64,000 nt of DNA from an uncultured Candidatus Rokubacteria bacterium (GTDB lineage: Bacteria; Methylomirabilota; Methylomirabilia; Rokubacteriales; DASRDR01). Below are positions 48,366 to 58,212 of this stretch, one piece after another (the first letter of the stretch is position 1; the number at the start of each line of letters is the position of its first letter). Below the pieces are notes generated by a model. That model saw only the letters and a list, made by a program, of their open reading frames with translations, did not search any database and had not been told where the DNA came from. Where the stretch lies: the NCBI GenBank assembly GCA_963826115.1, contig CAWGVS010000006.1:1024001-1088000 (forward strand). The letters are read 5' to 3'. A program made the translations under genes and the position numbers.

Positions 48366-49943
48366 ATGAGCACCCACGAGCAGTCTCGGCCGGCGCCCAC
48401 GCTCGGCCTCACGCCCGACCAGATCACCGCCCGCTACGCGGCGCTCCAGGCGAAGCTGGTCCCGCTCTGGAAGTCGATCGCCAGCATGAACCGGGATCCG
48501 CAGACGATCGTCGTGGTCCCGTCCATTACGCTCGACGCCCTCAACATGCCGCCGGCGGTGCTGCAGGCGATGGAGGAGCGGTTCCTCTTCATGCTGATCC
48601 TGCTGCGCCAGCCGAGCGCGCGCATGATCTACGTGACGTCCCGGCCCATCCTGCCGGACGTGGTCGACTACTACCTCGGGCTCCTTCCGGGCGTCATCCC
48701 GGCCCACGCGCGCGCCCGCTTCTTCAATCCGGTCCCGCACGACAGCACGCTCCGGCCGCTCTCCCTGAAGGTTCTGGAGCGCCCCCGGCTGCTCAGCCAG
48801 ATCCGCGACCTGATCCCCGACAAGGACCGCGCGCACCTCGTGCCCTACAACACGACCGAGCTCGAGCGAGATCTCGCGATCCGCCTGGGCATCCCCATGT
48901 ACGGCGCGGACCCCCGGCACTTCGAGCTGGGAACCAAGAGCGGGTGCCGGAAGCTGTTCGGGCGCGCGGGCGTCTCGTATCCGTTCGGGGCCGAGGACCT
49001 CCGGACCCCCGACCAGGTGATCGAGGCCCTCGAGCACCTCCGGGTCGCCCGGCCCGCCGTCCGGTCGGCGATGGTCAAGCACAACGAGGGCGTGTCGGGC
49101 GCCGGCAACGCGGTGGTGAACCTCGAGGGCCTGCCGGCCCCGGGCGCCGCGTCCGAGCGCGCCGCGATCGTCGAGCGCGTTCGCGGGATGAAGTTCGAGA
49201 GCGCGCGCCAGAACTACGACACGTACATGGCGAAGCTTGCCGAGCTGGCCGGAATCGTCGAGGAGCGCGTCATCGGCGAGGAGATCCGGAGCCCGAGCGT
49301 GCAGCTGCGCATCACGCCCCTCGGCCAGCTCGAGGTGCTGTCCACGCACGACCAGGTGCTGGGCGGGCCCAGCGGACAGAGCTATCTCGGCTGCCGCTTC
49401 CCCGCCGACCCGGCGTACGCCGCGGTCATCACCCGGGACGCGGTGAAGGTCGGGCAGGAGCTGGTCGGCGAGGGGGTCCTGGGGCGCTTCGCCTTCGACT
49501 TCGTCGTCGTCCGGAACGGCGGGGCCTGGACCCCGTACGCGATCGAGCTGAACCTCCGGAAGGGGGGGACCACCCACCCGTTCCTGACGCTCCAGTTCCT
49601 GACCGACGGACGCTACGATCCCGAGTCCGCGACGTTCACGCCGCCGAGCGGCCGGCCGAAGTGCCTGGTCGCCACCGATCACCTGGAGTCCGAGGCGTAC
49701 CGAGGGCTTCTCCCGCAGGACGTCTTCGACATCATGGTTCGGCACGGGCTCCACTTCAACCAGACGCGGCAGACCGGCGTCGTCCTCCACATGCTGACGG
49801 CGCTCTCCGAGCGAGGGCGCCTGGGTCTGACCGCCATCGGCGAGACGCAGGCGGAGGCCGACGAGATCTACCAGCGGGCCTGCGACGTGATCGACCGGGA
49901 GGCCGAGGCCGCGATGCGGCAGGACCCACTGCCCGCGCTGTGA
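48366..49943 (+). CDS. PGM1-related ATP-grasp peptide ligase
   Basis: TIVVVPS, EER.LFML.LL, GTKSGCR, SPSVQLRI, STHDQVLGG, IELNLRKGGTTHP. Confidence 0.8.
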   Translation: MSTHEQSRPAPTLGLTPDQITARYAALQAKLVPLWKSIASMNRDPQTIVVVPSITLDALNMPPAVLQAMEERFLFMLILLRQPSARMIYVTSRPILPDVVDYYLGLLPGVIPAHARARFFNPVPHDSTLRPLSLKVLERPRLLSQIRDLIPDKDRAHLVPYNTTELERDLAIRLGIPMYGADPRHFELGTKSGCRKLFGRAGVSYPFGAEDLRTPDQVIEALEHLRVARPAVRSAMVKHNEGVSGAGNAVVNLEGLPAPGAASERAAIVERVRGMKFESARQNYDTYMAKLAELAGIVEERVIGEEIRSPSVQLRITPLGQLEVLSTHDQVLGGPSGQSYLGCRFPADPAYAAVITRDAVKVGQELVGEGVLGRFAFDFVVVRNGGAWTPYAIELNLRKGGTTHPFLTLQFLTDGRYDPESATFTPPSGRPKCLVATDHLESEAYRGLLPQDVFDIMVRHGLHFNQTRQTGVVLHMLTALSERGRLGLTAIGETQAEADEIYQRACDVIDREAEAAMRQDPLPAL

Positions 49944-49968
49944 GCGCCACGGCCCGCCGGATCGCCCG

Positions 49969-50466
49969 TTGAGCGAGCCCTGGTCCGACCCGGAGCTCCT
50001 CCGCTCCGTCTTCGAGGGAACCGAGGTCCTCCGGAAGCCGATCAGCGGGATCATCACGGGGCACCACGTGCTCCCGTACGTGCTGGTCGGGCCCCACTGG
50101 GACCAGCCCGGCCGGGCCGTGGAGGTGCGCGGCCGGATCCGCGTCTCGCCGCGCCTCGTGCTGCCCGTGCGGGGCGAGGGCCCGACCTACGGCGACGTGT
50201 TCTCCGAGCGGGAGATCATGCACAACGCGCTCGTCGCGCGGGTCTTCAGCTTCAAGTACGCCCCGAAGGTCCTGGTCGAGAGCGAGGACCTCCGGATCCA
50301 GCGCCAGGACCGGGCGCCCCAGGCCCACCTCGACCTGGTCCTCGACGAGCTGCTCCGACACGAGGTGATCAACACCGGCGTCATTCGCTCGCCGGACGTC
50401 CGCTACTACCCGGTCTCGATCGACCGGTTCATCCGGGAGATCCTCGACCAGGAGTTCCGCGAATGA
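49969..50466 (+). CDS. conserved-looking hypothetical protein
   Basis: Globular composition (LPYVLVG, RVFSFKY), TTG start, directly downstream of the ligase. Confidence 0.7.
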   Translation: MSEPWSDPELLRSVFEGTEVLRKPISGIITGHHVLPYVLVGPHWDQPGRAVEVRGRIRVSPRLVLPVRGEGPTYGDVFSEREIMHNALVARVFSFKYAPKVLVESEDLRIQRQDRAPQAHLDLVLDELLRHEVINTGVIRSPDVRYYPVSIDRFIREILDQEFRE

Positions 50467-50545
50467 CCCGAGGTGGCGCCGCGCGGTAGTCACGACGGCG
50501 CGCGCGGCGGCCGCGCCAGCCGCGAAGGCTCGACCTGATTGGCGA

Positions 50546-51598
50546 CTACGGAGCGGGCCGGGTCGCCGCCTGCCGCACCCAGTCGTCGAACGGCCCGGAG
50601 ATGCGGACCACCTCGTTCAAGAGCCACATGGACCGCGAGACCAGGACCAGGAACAGGTCGCCCGCGATCCCGGCCTTGCGGGTCTCCGGCGTGACCGGCG
50701 CGAACGCCAGCGCGCGGAGGAACGTGCCGTCGCGCGAGGTGGCGAAGTCGAGGCGGCGGCCGTCCGGCGTGACCGCGAAGAGCTGCCCCGTCCGTCGCTG
50801 GACCACGAAGAGGGCACCCCCCGGGCTCTGCGACAGGCCAGCCGGCAGGGGACCCTGGAGGACGGAGCGCGTCTGGCCGTCGGGCGTGACGCGCCAGATC
50901 TCGCCGCTGCCCGAGCCGAACGGCGTCTCGGCCGTTCCGTCGCCTCCGACCCAGAGCGCCCCGGCCTCGTCCATGACCAGCATGCGGGGACGCAGGAGCG
51001 AGGCGTGCCGGGCGTTCACGACGGTGCCGCGCGCGTCGAGGCGCACGATCGCGCCCTGCTCGCGGTCGGTCACGTAGACGTCGCCCGCGGCGTCGACCGC
51101 CACCCCTTCGGGGTGACGCAGGAGCGGCTCCCCGCCTGCCGGCGGCCGGCCGCCCGCGAAGAGCACGGGCTTGCCGTCGAGGAACCGGTAGAGCGCCCCG
51201 AGCCGCCGCTCGCGGTCGTACGTCGTCACCCACACGGCGCCCCGGGCCGACACCGCTCCGATCTGCGGATTCGGGAGCGGAGGTCCGTAGAGGAAGCGCG
51301 CCTCGGTGTCGGGCGTGATGCGCCCGCCCCCCGCCGGGACCCGGTAGATGGCCCACAGGTCCTCGACGTCGCCCGTGCGGAAGCGCGCCCCCGTCCGCGA
51401 CAGGTAGAGCGTGCCGGTGGGGTCGATGGCGAGCGTCCCCACCGCCGGGATCCCGTTGACGCCGCGCTCGCCGGCGCTGTCGAATCCCTGTCCCGTCACG
51501 TACACCTCGGACGTGAACCCGGGCGGCAGCCCGAGCTCGGCGCCGGCGGGAGAGACGACCAGCAGGACGATCGCGAGGAGACCGAGCCAGACCGTCAT
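50546..51598 (-). CDS. secreted beta-propeller protein (NHL/SMP-30-like)
   Basis: Signal peptide, RBS AGGAGG, HPEGVAVDAAGDVYVTD repeats. Confidence 0.75.
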   Translation of the reverse strand: MTVWLGLLAIVLLVVSPAGAELGLPPGFTSEVYVTGQGFDSAGERGVNGIPAVGTLAIDPTGTLYLSRTGARFRTGDVEDLWAIYRVPAGGGRITPDTEARFLYGPPLPNPQIGAVSARGAVWVTTYDRERRLGALYRFLDGKPVLFAGGRPPAGGEPLLRHPEGVAVDAAGDVYVTDREQGAIVRLDARGTVVNARHASLLRPRMLVMDEAGALWVGGDGTAETPFGSGSGEIWRVTPDGQTRSVLQGPLPAGLSQSPGGALFVVQRRTGQLFAVTPDGRRLDFATSRDGTFLRALAFAPVTPETRKAGIAGDLFLVLVSRSMWLLNEVVRISGPFDDWVRQAATRPAP

Positions 51599-51737
51599 CC
51601 GGATCCTCCTGGCGTGCGCCGCTGTGGCTCGCGGCGTGGGAGTCGCGCGACGACCTGCGGCGAGTATACCCCGTCGCGCGGAGGTCGCGGGGTAGGATGG
51701 GGCGGCGCGCTCAGGCCCGCCGAGGGAGGACTTGCCC

Positions 51738-53297
51738 GTGACCGCATCGAAGTCCCTGTCCGTGACCGGCGCCGCGAGCGCTGCCGCAACGCGCGCCCAT
51801 GCCGATCGCCGCGCCGCGGGAGACGGCGCGTACCGGGCGCTCGGCCGCACCGGGCTCACCGTCTCCTGCCTGGGCTTCGGCGGATACCGCGTGAACGACG
51901 AGAGCCCCGTCCACCGTGGTGCCCTCGAGCGGGCGTTCGCGGCCGGCGTGAATCTCGTCGACACGTCGACGAACTACACCGACGGCGGGAGCGAGCGGCT
52001 GATAGGGCGTGTCGTCGGCGAGGCGGTCCGGCGAGGCCGGATCGCCCGCGAGGAGCTCGTCGTCGTGTCGAAGATCGGCTACGTGCAGGGCGGGAACCTC
52101 GCCCTCGCCCGGGAGCGCGAGGCCGCGGGCCGTCCCTTCCCCGAGATGGTGCTCTACCAGCCGGACTGCTGGCACTGCATCCATCCGGAGTTCCTCGAGG
52201 ACCAGCTGGCGCGCTCCCTCGAGCGGCTCGGTCTCGAGACGCTCGACGTGTGCCTGCTCCACAACCCCGAGTACTTCCTGTCCGATGCCGCCCACTCCGG
52301 GGGTGACGGCGTCGAGTCGGTCCGTGACGAGTTCTACCGCCGGCTCGAGGCCGCCTTCCGGTTCTTCGAGGAGCGGGTGGCCGCCGGGAGCCTCCGGTGG
52401 TACGGCGTCTCGTCGAACACCGTGGCGCGTCCGGAGAGCGACCCCGAGGTGACGAGCCTCGCGCGGATGCTGGCGGCGGCGCGGGCGGCCGGGGGCCCGG
52501 GTCACCACTTCGGGGTCCTCCAGCTCCCGATGAACCTCTTCGAGGCGGGGGGTGTCCTCGAGCCGAACGGCCCGCCCGTCTCGAGCGGGGTACGCCGGAC
52601 CGTCCTCGAGCTCGCGTCGGCCGAGGCGGTCGGCGTCCTGGTCAATCGCCCGCTCAATGCCGTCGTGGGACGCGGGATGGTGCGTCTCGCGGACTTCCCC
52701 GACGCGCCCGCCGGCGCCGTCGACCGCCAGCTGGACGCGGTCCGGAATCTCGAGGCGGAGTACCGGAAGGAGATCGCCGCCCAACTCCGCGTCGGGCCCA
52801 ACAGCGACAAGCCGGAGAACTTCCTCCGCTGGGCGGATCAGCTCGACGGCGTCCGGGACCGGATTGCCGGCGTGACGTACTGGGAGTCGATCGAGTGGCA
52901 GGTGCGCGGTCTCACCGCGCGCGTGGGCGACGCCTTGGACGCGGGGATCAAGGGCGAGCTGGCCGTTCGCTGGCGCGCGTGGCGCGATCGCTACCTTCCC
53001 GAGCTCGAGCGGCTGCTCGACGGGTTCCGGGCGGAAGCGGGCCGTCGGAGCCAGCCGCAGAGCCGCGCTGTCGCCGCCGCCCTCGACCCCTTGCTGCCGC
53101 CCGAGCGGCGCGGCGCGGGACTCTCGGGGAAGGCCCTCTGGACCCTCGTCAGCACGCCCGGCGTCACCGCGGCGCTCGTCGGGATGCGCCGACCGGCGTA
53201 CGTGGAGGACGCGACCGGCATCCTTGGATGGCCGCCCCTCGCCGACCCTCGCCGGGTCTACGAGGCGCTGCGCGACCTCCGTCTTCCGGGAGACTGA
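51738..53297 (+). CDS. aldo/keto reductase with C-terminal insertion
   Basis: YRALGRTG, LGFG, DTSTNY, SKIGY, LLHNPE; RBS GGAGGA. Confidence 0.85.
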   Translation: MTASKSLSVTGAASAAATRAHADRRAAGDGAYRALGRTGLTVSCLGFGGYRVNDESPVHRGALERAFAAGVNLVDTSTNYTDGGSERLIGRVVGEAVRRGRIAREELVVVSKIGYVQGGNLALAREREAAGRPFPEMVLYQPDCWHCIHPEFLEDQLARSLERLGLETLDVCLLHNPEYFLSDAAHSGGDGVESVRDEFYRRLEAAFRFFEERVAAGSLRWYGVSSNTVARPESDPEVTSLARMLAAARAAGGPGHHFGVLQLPMNLFEAGGVLEPNGPPVSSGVRRTVLELASAEAVGVLVNRPLNAVVGRGMVRLADFPDAPAGAVDRQLDAVRNLEAEYRKEIAAQLRVGPNSDKPENFLRWADQLDGVRDRIAGVTYWESIEWQVRGLTARVGDALDAGIKGELAVRWRAWRDRYLPELERLLDGFRAEAGRRSQPQSRAVAAALDPLLPPERRGAGLSGKALWTLVSTPGVTAALVGMRRPAYVEDATGILGWPPLADPRRVYEALRDLRLPGD

Positions 53298-53322
53298 CGG
53301 GCGGCCCGGCCGTGGCCGGGCG

Positions 53323-54273
53323 TCAGCGCGGGACGGCGGCCTCCAGGCGCGGTCGGACCTCGGTCACGAACCGCGTCATCGACTCCCGGTCGTAGGGAGC
53401 CGGGAATCCGGCGAGGAGGTGCCGGTAGCCGGGCCCGATCTCGAGGTAGGGACGGATTGCGAGGGCGACCTCGTCGGGCGTGCCGACGGGCTGGTTGGTC
53501 CAGGGTCGCGCCCGCCCGTTCGCCTCGAACAGCCGCTCGAAGACCCGCTGGGCCTCGGCGCGGGAGTCGCGGATCACGACGGCGCCGACGACGGTCGTGC
53601 GCTCGATCTCGCGGTGGTCGCGCCCGACCGCGCGGCAGTGCTCCTGGAGGATCGCCTCCTTGCGCCGGACCGTATCGACGCCGCCGCCGATGTTGCACGC
53701 GTCCGCGTACCGCGCGACGAGCCGCAGCGTCACCTTCTCCCCGCCGCCGCCGATGAGGAGTGGGAGCCGCGCCTGGACGGGCGGGGGCAGGTTCCGGACG
53801 CCGCTCGTGTGATAGCGCGTGCCGCCGGCGCTCGGCGCCTCGCCGCGGAGCATTCCGCGCAGCACCGGGAGCGCCTCGGCGAGCCACCGGAGCCGCTCGG
53901 GCGCGCCGGACCCGAAGGGCAGCCCGAAGGCCCGGTGCTCCTCCTCGAACCAGGCCGCGCCGATCCCGAGGATGGCCCTCCCGCCCGAGATGTGGTCGAG
54001 CGTGGTCGCCATCTTCGCGGTCAGCGCGGGCTCGCGGAACGTGTTGGCCGAGACCATGAGCCCGATCCGGACACGTGTGGTGGCCTGCGCCCAGGCGGCG
54101 AGCGTCATCCAGCCCTCGTGGATCGGCCCGTTGGAGTCGCCGACGACCGGGTAGAGGTGGTCCCAGGTCCAGAGGGAGTCGTAGCCCAGCTGGTCCGCCT
54201 CTCGCCCCGCCTCGAGGAGCGCGGGCCAGGCTGCGTACTGGTTCCAGCAGATCGCGCCGATCCGGATCGTCAC
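53323..54273 (-). CDS. LLM class (F420-type-like) oxidoreductase
   Basis: YDSLWTWDHL, TLDHISGGR, LIGGGGEK. Confidence 0.88.
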   Translation of the reverse strand: MTIRIGAICWNQYAAWPALLEAGREADQLGYDSLWTWDHLYPVVGDSNGPIHEGWMTLAAWAQATTRVRIGLMVSANTFREPALTAKMATTLDHISGGRAILGIGAAWFEEEHRAFGLPFGSGAPERLRWLAEALPVLRGMLRGEAPSAGGTRYHTSGVRNLPPPVQARLPLLIGGGGEKVTLRLVARYADACNIGGGVDTVRRKEAILQEHCRAVGRDHREIERTTVVGAVVIRDSRAEAQRVFERLFEANGRARPWTNQPVGTPDEVALAIRPYLEIGPGYRHLLAGFPAPYDRESMTRFVTEVRPRLEAAVPR

Positions 54274-55337
54274 GACTGGCCTCCGGCGAGCCCGAACGCC
54301 TCCGCGAGGAGCTCGTACGAGCGGAGCCGCGCCTTCGGGTCGTGAGTGATGGTGACGACGACGACCTCGTCCACGCCGTAGGCCGCGGCGAGCGCGCGCA
54401 GGCTCGCGCGCACCTGCTCGGGCGTGCCCGCCACCGTGCGCTGCCGTGCGTGCTCCACGATGGCCAGCTCGCGCGGCGAGTACGGGTAGCGCTCCGCCTC
54501 CTCGACGGAGGGGTAGGGACCCCCGCGGCCGGTGTAGAGCCGCACGATGAAGAGGTCGCGGCTCCGCGAGAGGCGCTGGGCCTCGGCCTCGGTGTCCGCG
54601 CACACCGCGAAGGCCGCGACGCTGGCGCGGGCCGCGCCGAGGAGCGGCGAGGGCCTGAACTGCCGCGCGTAGGCGCGCGTCACCGCCGCCCCGCCGTCGG
54701 CGTTGATGAAGTGCGCGAACGAGAAGGCCGTGCCGAAGTGCGCCGCGCAGGCGGCGCTCGAATCGGTCGACCCGAGGAGCCAGATCTCGGGCACGCCGTC
54801 GCCGGCGGGCATCGCGCGCACGGCGGCGAACTGATGCTCGGGCGGAAGGCGGTCGGTGAGGAAGCCGATGAGGTCGCCGACCTGGTCGGGGAAGCGCGCG
54901 ACCTCGCTCTCGGCCCACGGGTCGGGCACGCGGCCGCTCGCCCCGACGCCACGGCGGAGGGCGGCCGCCGTGCGCCCGTCGCTGCCCGGGGCGCGGCCGA
55001 CGCCGAGGTCGATGCGTCCCGGGTGAAGCGTCTCCAGCATCCGGAACTGCTCGGCCACCTTGAGCGCGCTGTAGTGGGTCAGCATGACGCCGCCGGAGCC
55101 GACGCGGATCCGGCGGGTCCGGGCCGCGACCTCCGCGATGAGGATCTCCGGCGAGGCGTCGGCCAGCCCCGGCGTCGAATGGTGCTCGGCGAGCCAGTAC
55201 CGGCGGTAGCCGAGCCGATCCGCGGCCTGCGCCAGCTCGAGAGTCTCGCGGATCGCGTCGGCGGGGGCCTGGCCCTCCCGGACGGGGGACTGGTCCAGGA
55301 CGCTCAGGGAGAGGGGCGTCGGCTCGTCGTCCGCCAC
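54270..55337 (-). CDS. LLM class flavin-dependent oxidoreductase (YhbW-like)
   Basis: LSVLDQSP, YWLAEHH, GSGGVML, GRIDLGVGRAPG. Confidence 0.9.
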   Translation of the reverse strand: MADDEPTPLSLSVLDQSPVREGQAPADAIRETLELAQAADRLGYRRYWLAEHHSTPGLADASPEILIAEVAARTRRIRVGSGGVMLTHYSALKVAEQFRMLETLHPGRIDLGVGRAPGSDGRTAAALRRGVGASGRVPDPWAESEVARFPDQVGDLIGFLTDRLPPEHQFAAVRAMPAGDGVPEIWLLGSTDSSAACAAHFGTAFSFAHFINADGGAAVTRAYARQFRPSPLLGAARASVAAFAVCADTEAEAQRLSRSRDLFIVRLYTGRGGPYPSVEEAERYPYSPRELAIVEHARQRTVAGTPEQVRASLRALAAAYGVDEVVVVTITHDPKARLRSYELLAEAFGLAGGQS

Positions 55338-55392
55338 ACCACGAGTCTAGCGCGAGCCGGCGCGCGCGTCGCGGGCACGTCCCGCGCGGCGG

Positions 55393-55863
55393 CTAGGGCT
55401 GGCGCGGTCGCTCGAACTCGAGGTCGATCGCCTTCAGCCGCTCGAGCAGGCGATCGAATTCCGCCGCCCGCGCCGCGTACGCGCCGAGCGCGACGCGAAG
55501 CGCGCGCGCGTCCGAGGCGTGCGGGCTCGCCGGGTAGTCGCGCAGGAGCCGGTCGAGATGCGAGGCCGCCTGCCGGTACTCGCGACTGCCGGTCGAGCTC
55601 AGAACGATGGCGCGCGCCAGGTCGTAGAGCGCCTGGTCGTGGACGGGCGCGTCGGGGTAGCGCCGGACGACGTCCTCCAGGATCCGCGCCGCGGCCGCCG
55701 GATTTCCCTTGCGGACCTGCGCGTCGGCCTCGCGGACGAGCCGGTCCGCCTCCATCGACGACGTGAGGCGCGTCCACGGCGCCGCGCTGCAAGCCGACAG
55801 CGCGGCCAGCGCCACGGCCAGCGTCAGGCGCATCAGAGCCCGGGAGCGGTGACGACGTGACAT
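55393..55863 (-). CDS. TPR/BamD-like lipoprotein
   Basis: Lipobox LSAC; RRYPDAP and RDYPASP TPR-type motifs. Confidence 0.7.
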   Translation of the reverse strand: MSRRHRSRALMRLTLAVALAALSACSAAPWTRLTSSMEADRLVREADAQVRKGNPAAAARILEDVVRRYPDAPVHDQALYDLARAIVLSSTGSREYRQAASHLDRLLRDYPASPHASDARALRVALGAYAARAAEFDRLLERLKAIDLEFERPRQP

Positions 55864-55890
55864 CGGCAAACCCGTCCGGGCGGGAGTAGT

Positions 55891-55905
55891 ACAAGCGCCG
55901 TGCCA
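55891..55905 (-). promoter_or_regulatory. sigma-54-like promoter for the lipoprotein gene
   Basis: TGGCAC-ggcgc-TTGT on the minus strand. Confidence 0.5.
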
Positions 55906-56127
55906 GTCGCCGTCGAGACGCGACGCCCCACGAAGGCGCCAACTTTCGCGAAGTTCCGACGTGTCGCCCGCCGCCGTCCGCCGCGGCGCGCCCCGTCGGG
56001 TGACGGAATGCGGCACACCCCTGACCGGGGAGGCCATCCTGGCGCGCTCGACCCCGACCGGCAGCCCGGTGGTCCCCTGGGTGCTAGACTCTCGGGTGGA
56101 TCGCGGCCCGCCGCGGTCCGGCACGGT

Positions 56128-57360
56128 ATGAGCACCCGTCGATCCGGCACCGTCCCGCCGAGCCGTCCCTCCGGGAGCCACTCCGGGGCTTCCGCGGCCC
56201 CGCCGCGTCGCGCGACGGCACGGGCGCGCCGACTCGTGCTCCTCGCCCTGCTCGGGGCCACCGTGGCAGCGACGTCGGTCGGTGCGCTCGCCCAGGGCGG
56301 GCCCACCCTCCGGCCCGTCGATCGGCCGTCGCTCCTCGACGACGGTGATCTCGACTCGCTCCGGGCCGCGGCGGCGCGGAGCCTCGAGTGGCTCGACCGG
56401 CAGCCCGGGGGGCGCGGGCTCCAGTTCGGCTCCCGCCGGATCACGACGGGGGACTACGCGGCGGGGCTCCGGCGGCTCGTCATGCTCCTCGCCGGGAGCC
56501 CGCCACCGGAGGTGCTCGAGGAGCGGGTCCTCGCGGAGTTCGACGTGCTGTCGAGCGTCGGTCGCGACGACGGCGCGGTCCTCCTGACGGGGTACCACGA
56601 GCCCGTGGTCGAGGTCTCGGAGCGACAGAGCGCCAAGTACTCGGTCCCCGTCCTCGGCCTGCCGGCGGACTTTGTCGGAGGCTGGCGAAACCTCCGCTAC
56701 CTGAGCCGCGCCGAGATCGAGGCGGGCCGTCTCGGCGCCGCGGCGCGTCCGCTGGCGTGGGCGCGCGACCCGATCGACGTCTTCTTCATGGAGGTGGAGG
56801 GCAGCGGCACCCTCCGGTTCCCGGGCGGGCGGGAGATGCGCGTCGGGCCCGCGGCGACGAACGGCTACCCGTACCGGTCGATCGGGCGGCTCCTCATCGA
56901 CGAGGGGCGCCTCACCGACGAGACGGTGTCGATGCACGCCATCCGTTCCTGGCTCATCGACAACCCGTCGGAGCGCGCGCGCGTCCTCCGGCACAACCAG
57001 TCGGTCGTCTTCTTCCGGCGGCTCGAGGGCCCGCCCCTCGGGAGCCTCGGCGTGCCGCTCACTCCGGCGCGGTCCATCGCGACCGACGCGCGGCTGTTCC
57101 CGGCCGGCGGGCTCGCGTTCGTGCGAACCGAGCGGCCGTCGCGGCTGCCGGACGGCCGCGTGGGCTGGAGTCCCGTCAGTCGCTTCATGTTCAACCAGGA
57201 TACCGGCGGGGCGATCCGCGGCGCGGGGCGGGTCGACGTGTTCTGGGGGCGGGGGAACGACGCCGAGCTGGCGGCGAGCGAGATGAAGCAGCTCGGCGAG
57301 CTGTACTTCCTCGTCCCCAAGGCGTCGCGCCGGGTCGTGGTGGCGCCCCCTCAGCCCTGA
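56128..57360 (+). CDS. mltA: MltA-type lytic murein transglycosylase (copy 1)
   Basis: TGYHEP, FFMEVEGSG, NGYPY.SIG, QDTGGAIRG.GRVD.FWG. Confidence 0.88.
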   Translation: MSTRRSGTVPPSRPSGSHSGASAAPPRRATARARRLVLLALLGATVAATSVGALAQGGPTLRPVDRPSLLDDGDLDSLRAAAARSLEWLDRQPGGRGLQFGSRRITTGDYAAGLRRLVMLLAGSPPPEVLEERVLAEFDVLSSVGRDDGAVLLTGYHEPVVEVSERQSAKYSVPVLGLPADFVGGWRNLRYLSRAEIEAGRLGAAARPLAWARDPIDVFFMEVEGSGTLRFPGGREMRVGPAATNGYPYRSIGRLLIDEGRLTDETVSMHAIRSWLIDNPSERARVLRHNQSVVFFRRLEGPPLGSLGVPLTPARSIATDARLFPAGGLAFVRTERPSRLPDGRVGWSPVSRFMFNQDTGGAIRGAGRVDVFWGRGNDAELAASEMKQLGELYFLVPKASRRVVVAPPQP

Positions 57361-57413
57361 CGGACGGCGGGTCACGCGGGCGCCCGCCCGCCTCGGGGTA
57401 CAATCGCGTGGAG

Positions 57414-57923
57414 ATGGGATCTCTCGACGAGGCCGAGCGGGCGGCGGTCGCGGCGGCGGAGCGCCTCGGCGTCCCCTACGAGCTGATCCACTGCGAGCCC
57501 GAGTACGCGGATACCGCCGCCTTCTGCGCGCAGTACGGCTACCCGGTCGAGCGAGCCGCGAACACCCTCGTCGTCGCCTCGAAGAAGGAGCCCAAGAAGT
57601 ACGCGGCCTGCGTGGTTCTCGCCACCACGCGGCTCGACGTGAACCACGCGGTCCGCGACCTCATGGGCGTGACGAAGGTCTCGTTCGCCTCGCCGGAGGA
57701 GATGAATGGCCTGACCGGCATGCGGGTGGGGGGCGTCACCGCGTTCGGGCTCCCCGAGGGCCTGCCCCTCTACGTGGACTCGCGCGTGCTCGACCTCGAC
57801 TGGATCATCCTCGGTACCGGAGGGCGGAACGGCAAGGTCCGGATTGGGCCCGAGGTATTCCACCGGATCCCGGGGGTCAAGGTCGTCGAGGGGCTGGCGG
57901 TGCCGCTGCCGCCGCGGAGCTGA
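57414..57923 (+). CDS. YbaK/EbsC (prolyl-tRNA editing) family protein
   Basis: ANTLVV, KVSFAS, TGMRVGGVT.FG, ILGTG. Confidence 0.85.
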   Translation: MGSLDEAERAAVAAAERLGVPYELIHCEPEYADTAAFCAQYGYPVERAANTLVVASKKEPKKYAACVVLATTRLDVNHAVRDLMGVTKVSFASPEEMNGLTGMRVGGVTAFGLPEGLPLYVDSRVLDLDWIILGTGGRNGKVRIGPEVFHRIPGVKVVEGLAVPLPPRS

Positions 57924-57927
57924 GCGC

Positions 57928-58212
57928 GTGGCCGGGGCCGGAGGGGTCCTGATCGTCGTGGGCCGCGACCAGGGCGAGCTCTACGAGTACTTTCGCTGGG
58001 GGCTTGGCCGGACGCCCGGCGTCGAGGTCGTCCTCGACCGCCGGCTCGGCGAGCGCCGCGGCCGGCGCGACGCCCACGGCCCGACGGCGGAGCGTCGCAA
58101 GTCCGACCGGCGGCGCACGGCCGCCACGCGCGCCGAGCTCCTCGCGCGCGGTTTCCTCATCGCACGGCGCGATCCGCGCGCCGGAGCGCGGGACTGGGAG
58201 GCGACTCGGTGA
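57928..58212 (+). CDS. small hypothetical protein with DRR/ERR motifs
   Basis: LIVVGRDQGELYEYF...VEVVLDRR.GERR...ERR..DRR; overlaps the amidase start. Confidence 0.65.
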   Translation: MAGAGGVLIVVGRDQGELYEYFRWGLGRTPGVEVVLDRRLGERRGRRDAHGPTAERRKSDRRRTAATRAELLARGFLIARRDPRAGARDWEATR

